Below are positions 42,058 to 55,831 of a stretch of 64,000 nucleotides of DNA, one piece after another. The DNA comes from Octopus vulgaris. Its lineage: Eukaryota. Each line of letters begins with the position of its first letter. Position 1 is the first letter of the stretch. Location: the NCBI GenBank assembly GCA_951406725.2, contig OX597818.1, forward strand, positions 78,058,001 through 78,122,000, written 5' to 3'. A program made the translations under genes and the position numbers. Below the pieces are notes generated by a model that worked only from the letters and a program-made list of their open reading frames with translations, had not been told where the DNA came from and did no database searches.

Positions 42058-43403
42058 TGCACAAGAACAGGAACAGTCATCCCTTCAATGGAATTTCAAA
42101 CGTTTCTCTCTCCCAAATTTCACTCCTGAAGTTTATGGAAGAAGATCCAATGTGTCACAAAGTGAACTGAAGATCATGTAATTTCTTAATCACATCACCA
42201 GATAATGACCCAGATTGTAAGTTTCATATATAACTGCAGGTCATAGTCCACTCTTTTAAGTTGACAGGTCTTTATTGCTGATGTATGGTTTTGTTAAACT
42301 TGCAATGCTGAGTTCTAGTCCTACCATGGATTTAAAGATTACATAGGAATGGATTTCAATAATTTTGTAGCCTTAGATCCATTACAACATAAAGATCATT
42401 TTCATTGGTGACCCAGTGAACCAATTAGTGACCCAGTGCCCTAATTCCTTAGACTCTACTCTGCTTTCTCTTGCTCCCTCTCTTTCCTCCTGCTTTCCAC
42501 CCTCACGCCTTCCCTACTCTCCCTCTCTTTCAATATTTTACATTTGTTTTGTATTCCAGTGTTGGTAGGATATTTTACTACAGATTAAAAATTTTTTAAA
42601 GATTGTTTAGGTAATTATTTTTTTACTGCAGGAGACCTTCACAAAACAGTGAAGTAGGAATAGATCTTATTCTAAGTCTGGCAAACTGTAGCAAGTATGT
42701 GTGTATATATAATTATATCTATCTGTATCTGTGTGTGCATGCATGTGTATGTATGTGTGTATCAGTATTTGTATGTGTGTATAAAGGTTGTTTATGGAAG
42801 ACTAGCAGTCACCTCCCCTCTCTATGCCCCTGATGTTATCCAACGGAAAGGCAAATGTTAATACAACTTGGCATCAGTGGCGTCACATCTCATTTCTACA
42901 GTTGAGTGAACTGGAGCCATGTGAAATAAAGTATCTTGTTTAAGAACTCAACACACTGCCTTGGCTGGAAATCAAACTCACTACCTCATGATTGGTAGCC
43001 TGACACTCTAACCACTAAGCCATGAGCCATGAGCATGTGTATATATGCTATAAAATGGTTGGTATTAAGAGGAGCACTCAGCTGTAGAAATTATGCCAAA
43101 GCAGATACAAGAGCATGATGCAGTCCTTAGGACCCATTGGATCTGGTCATACTTCCCAACCCATGTCAGCATTAAAATGATGATGATGATGAAAATGTAT
43201 GTGTGTGTGTGTGAATTATAGGTATCTCTAGTAGATAGGTCTAATCATGTGGACATTGTAGACTGAACATTAAAGTGCTTAAAAGAGAAATAAAAATACA
43301 GGTTAGAAAGAATTATTTGGATGATAATGTCTTGCATCATAATTTATTCTTCGTAACCAAAATTTAAAACTGGGATATATTCTTTGTTGCTTTTATTTTC
43401 CAG

Positions 43404-43709
43404 CATCAAGTTCCAAAGTATTAGCACCATCTCATTTGAACACCAGTTATTCTGGAACCAAAGTAACAACATTCCCATCAAATTACAGCATACAGTCATC
43501 AACACCTACGAATGGAGTTCAACACAGCAAGAATTTGTACCAAACAACTTCTATACATACAAATACAATCACACCTATTGTTTCTGCATCAACTCCAAAC
43601 AGTTACCACCCAACAATTTCTCCAACAAGACAGACTCCTAACATCTCTCCTGTGAAGACCCTTCCCACATATAATCATTCAATGAATGCCTCTGAAAGAT
43701 CTGTTTTCC
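43404..43709 (+). CDS. Exon: Ser/Thr/Pro-rich mucin-like stalk (102 codons)
   Basis: ttttattttccag acceptor and c|gtaagt donor, phase 1-1, open in frame with the previous exon. N-glycosylation sequons NTS, NYS, NHS, NAS. Confidence 0.8.
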
Positions 43710-44019
43710 GTAAGTATTCATTTATTTTAAAATTTGTTCATATTTTTCTGTATATACCTGTTTAAATTCAGTGTGAGATAATATATATTTTTTCACTTAA
43801 ACACCAGGCTTCAAGTACATAGGAGACAAGAAATATGATTGTGTGGGATTCATGCCATTCCCAAAAATAGAATAACAAATTTATGTTTGAAAATTGAAAC
43901 CCAAGTTGTGAACCTGATTTCTCAGAAGTTTATCTCCCCTCAAATAAATTTGTTATGATTCAATAAGAAATAATGCTTTTCAGTAGAGGCAAACATTCAG
44001 TACAGGAAACGTATTTGAC

Positions 44020-44690
44020 ACAATCAACAGTAAAGTTGAACATATTTAATATAGTGAACATCAACAATTAACAGTGAAAGTGCTGAGGCTTATTAATATA
44101 GAATCATCATTTAATATAAAATCAACTGTTAGAGGTGAATATATTTAATACAGTGAACATCAACAACCGACAGTAGAGGTGAACATATTTGATATTGTGA
44201 ATGCCAACAATTAACAGTAGAAGTGACATATTTACTATAGTAAAGCATCAACAAATCAACAGTTGAAGTGAACATGCTTAATACAGGTCACATCAATAAC
44301 TACAAGTTAAAGAACTAGAATGTTTAATATAGAATGTCAACAGCTAAAAAGAGGGCAGCATATTTAATACAGTGAACATAACAATAAACTGTAGATAGGA
44401 ACATATCTAACATAGTGGACATCAACAATAGAGGTAAACATGTTTAATACAGAGAACATTTGCAGCATAGGTGAACACACACACATCAATAATCAACAAA
44501 TGAAGTGATATATTTAATATTATAGTGAATATCGACAATTAACAATAGAGGTGAGTATATTTGATATTGTAGACATTAATAATTTATAGTAGTGGTGAAG
44601 ATATTTAATATAGCGAACATCAACAATTAAAAGGATAGGTGAACCTGTTTAATACAACAAACATCAACAATGTAAATAGAAATGCAACAC
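44020..44690. repeat. Diverged 44-bp minisatellite
   Basis: Unit about catatttaatatagtgaacatcaacaattaacagtagaggtgaa. Confidence 0.75.
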
Positions 44691-46413
44691 CAATTAAGAG
44701 AGGATAATATTGGCTTAATGACTAATATTATTTTATCCAATTTTACAAGTGTGAGTTATCTTCTCTACCTCTTTTAATCAAAATTAGTTATTTAGATAAT
44801 AGTTCATCACATCACTAAGAATATAATTTAATTAAAATTTCTTGATTTGTGACATCAGGAATGCTAGCGTTCACTTTACTGAATATCTAATTTTTTGAGT
44901 GTATTACTGAATATTTTGTGAAAATATAATAATAAAGATTATTATCATTATTATCATTATTATACAACTGGTCAGGCAGTGAGCTGTCTGAATTGATTGA
45001 ACACTGGACAAAATGCTTAGTGGCATTTCTTATGTCTTTATGTTCTTAGTGCAAATTCCGGTGAGGAGGTCAATAAATAAGTGCCAGTCAAGCACCAGGG
45101 TCAATGTAATCGACTAGCCACTTCCCACCAAAATTTCAGGCCTGGTGCCTACAGTAGAAAGTATTATTACATAACTGGTTCAGGTGGCCTTGTGCCAAAA
45201 TTAGAATTATTCTAATATGCTTAAATTAACTTTTCTTTTAAATGTTTAGATGTTACACAAAAGCAATAGTTGTGTAAAATATAAAAATGACACTAAAGTA
45301 GACAGGTAGCTAGATAGAGAGATGGAAAGAAAGAAAGAATAGCACTTTTATATTCCTAATTTATGTCTTCATATATTTAGCAACTATTAATTTATTCAGT
45401 TGGGTCCTTTTATTTCCAAAAACACCACTTAAATATAAAGGGTGACGTATTTACTGTTCAAACTATTGTTTATTAAAAATATAAAAAATTAAATCTAAAA
45501 CCTTTACAACTGAGATAAGAAAACAGATGAAATCTACAGTTGGGTCCTTTAACAAGTCCCTGATTGAATAAGTCAAATATTAGATAAAGGTTTCTCAGTT
45601 GAATCTTGAAGTGTTTCCCCATCAGTGACAGAATCAAAACAAAGGTATGTGAAGTATGAAATGTACATAGTTGTTAGGACTGAGACGCCTACAAACTTTA
45701 AGAAGCTGACAAATAGTGTATTGTCAGACAGTTTGCAGTAGAGTTGTAAATATATTGATAGGTCAACAAAGAAAATAACTCTCCTCACTGTGAATTCTAT
45801 TTTATGTTTGCTTTCTATAAAGAAAGAAAATGGTAATAATAAAATATAGGAAATATGATTACATTTCAATATAGGAAATAGCATTAGGTTATTTATTTTA
45901 GGAAGAAAATTCTGACAAAATGTATTTAGAATTACTTTAGTCATGTCTTCAAAATAAACACCCACATACTCTTGCAAAGGCTATTCAGAAAAATACATTC
46001 ATGCTTCACAAACACATTACAATGAATGAAACAAATACGCACTAACACACACATTGTAATGAATGCGGAAAATACACCCACCCGTCACATACAGATATTG
46101 CATACAGTCCTACATCACACATCACGTATATATAGTGCATATATTCATACAGCACACATCATATACATATATTATATATACTAATACATCACACAATCAC
46201 ACACACATTGCAATGAATGAAATAAATGCATACACATGTCACACTTGCTCTGTGTACACTCCCACATCACACACAAAACACACATGTTCAATGAATGAGC
46301 CAAATGTACACACAAACTCCTACACATCACACAAACACTTTGCTATGAATGTAACAAATACACTCATACATTATGCACACATGCACACACACAGACACAC
46401 AAACACAGACACA

Positions 46414-46464
<51 letters not shown>

Positions 46465-46710
46465 CAATGAATAAAATAAATACAAAAACTGTGCAAATTT
46501 GGTGCAAATTTAACTGGATGAAAAGTACAGGCATCCTTCTGCCTTATGGAAGCATTGTTTTCCAGAAATTCTTGCAGTAACATTAAGTACCATAATATAG
46601 AGTTCCATTATGTGAAATCTAGTTCCCATTGGTTTCCTGTTACATCAAAGTCAATGAATATGGAATCAGTGGCAAAATATGTTTTGCGTCATGGAATTCT
46701 ACATTATATT

Positions 46711-47123
46711 CTTTTACTCTTTTACTTGTTTCGGTCATTTGACTGTAGCCATGCTGGAGCACCACCTTTAGTCAAGCAAATCGACCCCAGGACTTATTCT
46801 TTGTAAGCCTAGTACTTATTCTATCTATCTTTTTTGCCGAACCGCTAAGTTACTGGGACGTAAACACAAAAGCATCGGTTGTCAAGTGATGTTGGGGGAC
46901 AAACACAGACACACAAACATATACACATACATACATATATATAAATATATACATATATACGATGGGCTTCTTTCAGTTTCCATCCACCAAATCTACTCAC
47001 AAGGCTTTGGTCAGCCTGAGGCTATAGTAGAAGACACTTGCCCAAGGTGCTACACAGTGGGACTGAACCTGGAAGCATGTGGTTCGTAAGCAAGCTACTT
47101 ATCATACAGCCACTCCTACGCCT
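46711..47123 (-). mobile_element. SINE family A
   Basis: Collinear with 5030-5427. Confidence 0.85.
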
Positions 47124-47521
47124 ATGGTAAGATTTTCAAGAATGCAACATTTTGTAATGCATAGGATGTTTGCAGAGAGTACTATGTAATAATACTTCCT
47201 CCTACAGTTTATATAATTGTGGTAAATAGAGTCACACAAGGCCTTGTTCTTGGTTCCTTTCTGTTCTTGTTGTTGTTGAAAATAGATGAACGTATACACT
47301 CAGCTGCATTCAATAACTGTGCAAATGACACTAAAGTGGTGATAAAGATCATAACATATTGTGGTGTCTGAATAATCTAATGAGGACTAGGAGATTTATA
47401 CAATTGTTTTTTATCTTCTACTTGTTTCAATCATTGGATTGTGGCCATGCTAAGACACTGCCTTGAAACGTTATTTTAGTTGAATGAATCAACACCAGCA
47501 ATGCCTATGGTTATGAATGAA

Positions 47522-48050
47522 TATACAAGGTGTTTAGATTAAATTTGGCAGTTTTCATAAGAGGAAAACGCAATATTCCATCCAAAAATAAAAGTATTTA
47601 AAAAAATTAAAAAACATCTATTAGATTATGGCTAGGAGATAGCAATTTACTTAAAGTAGTTGCCTTCAGCTTCCACCATGGTCTCAAGATGGCTCCGGAA
47701 TCTGGTACCTGCATTCCTCACTGTGTCCCTACGAAGATCTTTGAACACCCCTTTGATCTTGGCCACCATCTTGATTTTGGTATTGTTGACAGAGAGGTTG
47801 GTATCATTCTCAACAGCACCCCCACACATTGTAATCTATATGATTATGATCAGGGAAATTAGGATGCCAGATATTGGGGCTGGTGAAGTCATAGAAATTC
47901 TCTGACAACCACTTAAGGCACTTTCTGGAGATATGGGAAGGAGCTAAATCCTGCTGCCACACACATGTGGCCTTCCAACAGTAACCCTCTCCAGCTAAGA
48001 TTTGCCCACAGTCTGCAGCAACTTCACATAGCTGTCTGAACTGAGCCTAA
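47522..48050 (-). mobile_element. maT/DD37D-like Tc1-mariner 3' remnant
   Basis: WHPNFPDHNHIDYNVWGAVE (a decayed WPPNSPDLNPLDY box) and RFRSHLETMVEAEGNYFK*. Confidence 0.75.
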
Positions 48051-49352
48051 GAGGTAGGGATGAACTCTGGCATGTGGATGCAGTCAGAATGCCTGTTGTA
48101 TCCTTTCCTACTGTGGCCTTGCTGAAACACTGCCTTGGAGGATTTTATTCAAAGAAATCTACCTTAGTATTTACTTATTTGTTTAAATTTGGTACTTGTT
48201 CTATTAGTCTCTTTTGTTAAACTGCTAGGCTATGGGACTGTAAACAAAACAACCCCAATTGTTAAGCAGTGTGTGTGTGTGGAAACAATCATACACATAC
48301 ACACACATAATAGGTTTCCACACAGTTTCTGTCTACTGTATTCACTTAGAAAGCATTTGTCATCTCAGGGTTATAATAGAAGACATTTGCTCGTGGTGCA
48401 GTGCATTAGGATTGAACTCAAATCCATGTGGTTGCAAAGTGTGCTTCTATACCACACAGTCAAGTCTGTACCAGGTGAAAAATGCTTGAAAATCTTGGTA
48501 GATAAAAGAGGAATAGGGAATACTGTCTAATCCTAACAATTCCTTCTTCGAAATCTCATGTTTGGAACCTATAGAATAACAATTTGATGCTTTAGTATTT
48601 AAACCAGCTACATCCAAACAAAATATTTTAATTGTTTTTATGTTCAAACTGACCAGCTCCAGCCTTTCCCACCTACCCTACAATGTCATTCTAACTATAA
48701 AACAATCACTTCAATGAAATCTCAAAGCCATGAGATTATGCATGACTAATTCAAGACAATGTGAATAAATAAGCATTACATTTGACAGAGTAAAAAAAAG
48801 GGTCAAAAACAAAATTACATTTGTACAACAATCTCTTCAAAGGATAACTGAAATTTCATGAAACTTTCCAAGGACTAATTTCTTGTCACTGCATTTCCAG
48901 TGACAAGTGGGGTCTGTACACATAGCCTCTGAAAGTGTGGTATTGCAACAATACTGGTGCCCAGCTGTATCGGCCTTTGCCTTTCCCTTGGATATGGGAT
49001 ACCAGCCTGTTCCAGCTATTGTTGGAATTTATTTACAGCTGGATGTAAATGTTTTTGCTAAAGGATATAATGCATTACCTGGTCCAGGAATTGAAACCAC
49101 AACCTTATGATCGTCGTAAGTGCAACACCCAAACCACCAGACTGCACACCTACAGAGTCATTAATATAAGTACCTGTAAAATATGGGGGGGGGTGTCTTT
49201 TGTAAATGTACTCAAGACCAATAAATTTTTGGATTGTTTATCAATATGTATTTGTGTAAGAAAGAATGTATGCCTATGTTTGCCTGTATCGCCGTATATG
49301 TGTGCATATAAGTATATAATGTGTATTTATATTCATATCTTCCTTCTTTAAG

Positions 49353-49475
49353 ATAAAGCATGTACACTAAACAAACCACAGTTTCAGTGTATCAAAGATG
49401 GCGTCTGTATAGATATTGAGTACAGATGTGATGAAGTTGTACAGTGTGATGATTTCAGTGATGAAATTAACTGTG
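49353..49475 (+). CDS. Exon: LDL-receptor class A (LDLa) domain
   Basis: tccttctttaag acceptor and g|gtaagt donor, phase 1-1. HKACTLNKPQFQCIKDGVCIDIEYRCDEVVQCDDFSDEINC has six Cys and the SDE motif. Confidence 0.93.
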
Positions 49476-49598
49476 GTAAGTCTTCCCTACCACACACAGA
49501 TTGGTCCCCTTAGTTCATAGATGATGCATAGCATACCTAGTAGATTTTTACCTATATCAGATGTTTACATATATTCTGTGAATATATATATGTATGCT

Positions 49599-49779
49599 AT
49601 AATATTATAATAAAACCCACAAATCTCGTTAAGTATAGCTACCCAGGATTTTCTGGCTGAAATGAGAATTTATTTCACCATTTTTCAAGCTGAGTACTGT
49701 TGAAATAAATTATTTTTTTGACCAGGAAACCCTAGGTAGCTGTATGTAACAAGATTTGTGGCTTTTACTATAACATTAT
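49599..49779. repeat. Diverged inverted repeat (about 80-bp arms) near a TA tract
   Basis: taaaacccacaaatctcgtta against taacaagatttgtggctttta; aatttatttca against tgaaataaatt. Confidence 0.8.
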
Positions 49780-49833
49780 CTTTGTTGCGTTAGCTGTTCA
49801 AGTGCTTTTCTACTTGTTGAAGCATAACCACAG

Positions 49834-49906
<73 letters not shown>

Positions 49907-49937
49907 TGTTTAAATTATGTTTATTTATATTGATACA

Positions 49938-49983
<46 letters not shown>

Positions 49984-50290
49984 TTACTATTCCTCTCCTG
50001 TAATTGCTTTATGCTAAATAGTAGGCATACAACCCTACCTCTTATTATTTCATGCTGTAGACAAATCATTTCACATATATTCCGTATTTCGACCACTTAG
50101 TTGAATAAAACTTCTACAGCTGCTACATTTCACACACCCAACCTCGCTTCCAACTGCAGTTGTTAATACTGTCTTTGCATTTACTTATTCATGATAAAGA
50201 AATACTAGTTAATCTTCCTTCAGGCTGTTTTCAGTTGTGGCTTGTCTGGTAATACCAGTTTTTTTTTGTTTTTTTTAAAATTTCTGACAG

Positions 50291-50392
50291 GATGCAGAGA
50301 AGAGTTATCAACTATCTCAGATTATCAGTTTTATACAGCAAATAATATATCTATCTCATTTCCTACAAACAGGGCTAGTCCTAGAAATACTG
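50291..50392 (+). CDS. Probable exon following LDLa
   Basis: Long poly-T tract and ctgacag acceptor. Phase-1 open frame GCREELSTISDYQFYTANNISISFPTNRASPRNT. The donor g|gtattc is weak. Confidence 0.55.
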
Positions 50393-51548
50393 GTATTCTG
50401 GACAAACTGAATTTTGGCACCTTTGCATACCAACACCGCCTCTATCACCATCATCATTGTCTTTGTTTTAATGTCCACCTTTCCATGATTTTGTGGGTCA
50501 GGTGAGATTTGTTGAAGTAGTTTTTTTTCTATGACTAGATGCCCTTTCTGTCTCCAGCCTTCACCTTTTTCCAAGCAAGGTAATAATTTCCCTCCTGCTC
50601 TAGAACTCCATACATGAACAAGACAACACTTAGACATGTTTCTATGGAAGATTGCAACCTTAATTTGCAAACATTACCTTGTATGATGGCACCATTTGTT
50701 TACAATAAGTATGCAATCTTCAGACATGGAAGCCCAAATGCACACACACACGCATAAGCACACACACACAGACACACAGAGCTGAGAGGCTTCTTTCAAT
50801 TTCCATCTACCACATCCACTCACAAACTGTGACTGGCCGTAAGCCTGGGACCATAATAGAAGATACTTACCCAAGGAATCGCACATTGGGAGTGAGCCCA
50901 AAACCACATATATAATTTAAATATACTTTAACAAAGAATGGTGTCAAGAAGGTCAGCTGGTTGTAAAACATTGCTTCAAAAAGTCCCAATCCAACAGCAA
51001 GGAAAGACAGACACAAAAATAATTAATACTTGGTTGCTTATATTTATCACTTATTGATGTGCTGTCTTAAAAAGTGAGTATGTGCTATTGAATAGGCTCA
51101 ATAAGGTTGAAATGGATTTGGCATTTTTGTTTGCTACACCTCAGATGAATTTTGATCTCACTTTGATATCTATTGTGTCCATAACACTGCATGTCCATAA
51201 GAGCTATTATCTCAAGACAAATACCACAATAACTAGCCTAACAACAGAGTATATACATTGAGTATGATACACAGATGGCATTGTTTTATAGTTGATTTTT
51301 AATTGTCCAGATAGACAATACAAAGAAAACAAGGACAGGTCATTCGAAGTTTTCTATCTTCAGTCAAGAACCAGATTATCCTCGCAATTTCAGCTGATTA
51401 TTCTTGAGATTGCTCCAATCTGGCCAGCCCCAAAGAAAAACTAAGCTAAGACCATTAGATTCCTTCGAAGAAAGCATTGAATGTATACAAAAACAAGGAC
51501 GGAAAAAACAGACAATGTTACACAAATATAAATACAATAAAAAATATG

Positions 51549-51605
<57 letters not shown>

Positions 51606-51638
51606 GGGTGTGTGTGTGATTGTGTATAGAAGAATATA

Positions 51639-52042
51639 TTAATAAAAGGAATTCCAACCTTGTCTGATTTTCACGTTTTATTTACAATCTTATAATGATA
51701 TAAGATAATATAATATAATAAAATAAAATAAAATAATAGAATGTTAAATGTTCATTCTGATTTAATGTACTTTCATGCATTAAATTCTGCAATCTTCAGG
51801 TTCGTGTAGTAGTGGTGACAGTCATGCTTCACAAAATTGTGAAGCATGACTGTCACCACTACTACACGAACCTGAAGATTGCAGAATTTAATGCATGAAA
51901 GTACATTAAATCAGAATGAACATTTAACATTCTATTATTTTATTTTATTTTATTTTATTTTATTATATTATATTATCTTATATCATTATAAGATTGTAAA
52001 TAAAACGTGAAAATCAGACAAGGTTGGAATTCCTTTTATTAA
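51639..52042. repeat. Near-perfect 404-bp palindrome between TA tracts with a partial hammerhead motif in each arm
   Basis: Arms 51639-51834 and 51837-52042 with a 2-nt loop. They appear to differ only in (ATAAA)n copy number. CUGAAGA U UGCA-GAAUUUAA-UGCA U GAAA GUAC at 51872-51904. Confidence 0.92.
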
Positions 52043-52249
52043 CATATATATATATATATATATATATACATACATATGTTATTGACTTGGATATTCCATG
52101 AGCCTAACAAGACAGGTTCTCTTAGGGGCCTGCAAAACTTGAAGTAGCATGGAATCCGAATCAAAGTGTTTTGAATAATACATATAACTCCCAATAAATG
52201 TGTTGAGTGCCCTTTCTTTCATTTGTCCACTCACTCATACACACACACA

Positions 52250-52288
<39 letters not shown>

Positions 52289-53459
52289 TCAACATCATGT
52301 AGCTGCTAACATGCTGAGTGAAGTATAGTTACTTCAATAAACTGTGTATTACTACAATCCAAGGCAGAAATGTTTATAATAAGGGTGTCTCTGTAACCAG
52401 AATTATCAATAAATTGTCTTGGCTTATTTATCTTCCTCAATGTCTGGCAGAGCATTGGAATGTTGGGATGAGATGGGGGTTAGGTGGGGGTCGGGGTGGG
52501 AACAGATTATACAACAACAACACTATTAATAACCCTCGCAGCTATTATTACCTCCCCATAAGATTGTACAGATGCTTATTGGTGTTACTTGCCTTACATT
52601 GTATCATTCTCCTTAGATTTAGTTTTTTTTTTTGTGTTTCTTAATCCTAATTTAAACACTGTACATTTAAAAATAAATCATGTCTAATGAAAATAAAAAA
52701 AAAACATACTAAAAATACTATTTAATCAAAAAAATTCAATTTAATCCATCAAAATCTGATTGTTGTTTATCACAGAACATGCTTTGTATCTTTTCTTTGA
52801 TATTTTCCCATCATTTCAACACCTTTGCTAATTAGACCTCCCTGACTCGTCTTTCATTACCCATACCCTGCAAACTTCTTGTGTTCCCACAATATTCCTA
52901 ATTATTTGCTACCTCTAAAACATCCCCTAAAGATTAATGATTTGCTATGGGATTATCAGCTTTTATTGTTGCAAAATATTTCTTTTTCAATTCCCTTCAT
53001 CTTCCGTAACTAACCAGGTTAATTATCACTAATCATGTCAGGTAAGATGTTATTACCTTTAAAGAGTAAAAGAGAAAATTATTTATATCTTGTCTAAAAG
53101 ATATCTTTTTATGTATTTATTTGATTATCTTTTTTATGGCAATTATCTGTTATCCATTCTCCCTGATCTTGATGAAAATTTCTTTTAGCTATTTTGGGAT
53201 TGCTGTTGTAAATCTTCTAGTTTCTTTTTAATTAAAAATAATCTTGTAAAAGTTTCTATTCCAGGTCTTATTCTTACACTGTGTCATTCGAAACATTCTT
53301 ATTGACAGTAGTTTTGATATATTTTCAGAGTTAACTGACATAGACTAAAAATGTGGACTAATTTGGTCTGAATTGTAGCTGTCACTTAAATCAATGAGGT
53401 TACTATATGCTAAATAGATTAACATGGCCTATAAATGTTCATTAAAATCATATCATCTA

Positions 53460-54340
53460 AATTGATATAGTTTGTAGATATTGACTAGATTGACATTACC
53501 TGTAGATTTTGACTGCATTGACATAATCTGTTGATGACTATTGATATAATTTGTAGATGTTGATTTCAACTATATTGATGTAGTCTGTAGGTGGTGACTA
53601 CTGACATAGCCTATAGATGTTGACTGCATTGACACAGTTTGTAGATGTTGACTGTATTGACACCCTGTAGATGTTGATTGAATTTGATTACAAATTCTGA
53701 ATGCTGACTAAATTGATATGACAGTGCTGAATTAACTTGCCCTCTAAATATTCACTGAATTGGTCTGTACTGCAAATACTGACAAAATTAAGTTTGATAT
53801 AAATACTGAATATTTACAAAATTAACTTAATTTTGACAGATTAATCTACCCTAAATTGGTATAGTCTATAAATATTAGTTTACTACAAGTACTCTATGTT
53901 GAGTGGTCTAATACAGACAGCAACAAAACTGACATTAACTAAAATCATTTACTAATGTGATATAGATACTGAATGTTGATTAAATTGACATCTACCATAA
54001 GTATTAACTGATGTGATGCAGATATGTTGAGTTGACAAAACTGAAACAAGCTGATTACTGTAATATAAATAGTGCTTACTGATTGAATTGACAAACAGTA
54101 AATATTGACTATTGTGTTATAAGTATTGCATGTTGACAAAATTGACATCGACAGTAAATATTGAGTAATGTGGTACAAAAATTATCGACTAAATTGTCAA
54201 GAACTATAAATGTTGCTTGTAAATGTTAACTAAATCAGAAACACATACTGTCCATAAAGGACAAGAGATATAAATATTTACTGACATAGACATATTGTAT
54301 GTTCATGAGACTGATAATGTAAATGTCAACTACATTTATG
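53460..54340. repeat. Highly diverged tandem repeat (about 28-bp unit)
   Basis: Recurring gtagatgttgact..attgaca. Confidence 0.6.
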
Positions 54341-54679
54341 ACACTTAGATAATATTGTAAAGATGATACAAATAAATCCTAGACATTGATGAGATGAGAA
54401 AGAGAGAGAGACAGAAAGAGTACATGAAGTTGAACGTTTTATGCTTATATGTAAATGTCTTTCTTAACCTATTCATTGCTCTTACTCTTAAATTTCTATT
54501 TGATATATTTTAATTTTCTTCAGTTATTTTACTTGTTTCAAAATTTCTAAATTTAATTAATATAATTAACTAACTAATTAATTATCCAAGTTTTCTTTTT
54601 TCCACTGTACTGATTTGAATCTTTTTTTTTCACTTATTCATTTTTATATTTATTTATTTTATTTCATTCCCCTCACCAG

Positions 54680-54718
54680 TAGACATCAGACCATTTTCAG
54701 GTTATTATCATGGAATGG
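54680..54718 (+). CDS. Candidate 39-bp micro-exon
   Basis: ttcccctcaccag acceptor and g|gtatgt donor, phase 1-1, VDIRPFSGYYHGM. Confidence 0.4.
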
Positions 54719-55414
54719 GTATGTTCTGGATTTTAATGTATTATATTTTAGTTAGAACAATTATTCTTTTCTTAGTTACTCTATTCTATTTTTAAAATTT
54801 TCTTTCCTAACACATTATTTCAACCAGATTAAACCTTAATATTTATCTATAAATTTCTCTGCATGGAAACTATTCACAGATTATGTACAAGACATCAGGT
54901 GTATATTGTGCTGTCTCTCTCTCTACTAATCAACTTGAAGAATTTTATAGCCAGAATGACAGTGATAATGGTATGTCAAATGGTTGAATCCTAAGATAAC
55001 AATCAATGATGTGAAGAGATTGGAAAAGTGTCTTTAGATGGTTGCTGAAAGGTGCTATAACATGAAAAAAGCACAGTCGTTACTCACTACTTATTTGCTA
55101 GCATGTATTATGCATTGGTTAATATTTTAAGTACCTAGATAGTACTGACACTTTATTGGTCCTTCTGCTTTTTAGCCTAGTGGAAAGTAAGGATATGACA
55201 GCTGCAGGGAGATAGAGGGAACTGCTCCAGGACAGAAAAATTGGAAGTAGTCTTTAATGTTTCAAGCATATGCTCTTCTATAGAAAGAATGAGGAGAGAG
55301 AAAAATACACACACACACACACACACCTGTGCATGCAACATTGAACTGAAAACACTGTGTAACTGTGTTCTGCTCAATCCTCATTTATCAAAGTGATGAG
55401 AGTCCAATATATAT

Positions 55415-55789
55415 CATCATCATCATCATCATCAGTTAACGTCCGCTTTCCATGCTAGCATGGGTTGGACAATTTGACTGAGGATTGGTGAACCAGATGG
55501 CTGCACCAGGCTCCAATCTTGAGCTGGAAGAGTTTCTACAGCTGGATGCCCTTCCTAATGCCAACCACTCCAAGAGTGTAGTGGGTGCTTTTATGTGCAA
55601 CCAGCACGAGGGGCAGTTAGGCGGTACTGGCAATGGCCATGCTCAAATGCTGTTTTTTACATGCAGCCTCCACAGGAGCCAGTCTAGCAGCACTGGCAAT
55701 GACCTCGCTTGAATGTTTTGTTCACGTGCCAGTAAGGCAACACTGGTAACGATCATGCTCAAATGGTGCTTTTTATGTGCCATCAGTAT

Positions 55790-55790
<1 letters not shown>
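55415..55790 (-). mobile_element. Retroposon 3' tail ending in (ATG)n (RTE-type inferred)
   Basis: (cat)n followed by gtccgctttccatgctagcatgggttggac. Copies at 56485-56760 and 58925-59200. Confidence 0.6.

Positions 55791-55831
<41 letters not shown>

Noticed and set aside
42631-42694. Candidate exon between the TM and stalk exons
   Set aside because: Open only in phase 2, while the neighbouring introns are phase 1.
44020-44690. CRISPR-like array
   Set aside because: Eukaryotic context, degenerate tandem units without unique spacers, and no cas genes.
51335-51370. CUGAAGAUAGAAAC on the minus strand as a hammerhead
   Set aside because: No room for stem II, and no stem I or cleavage triplet.
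53018-53041. 24-bp candidate micro-exon with a strong gtaaga donor
   Set aside because: Stop codon in the required phase.
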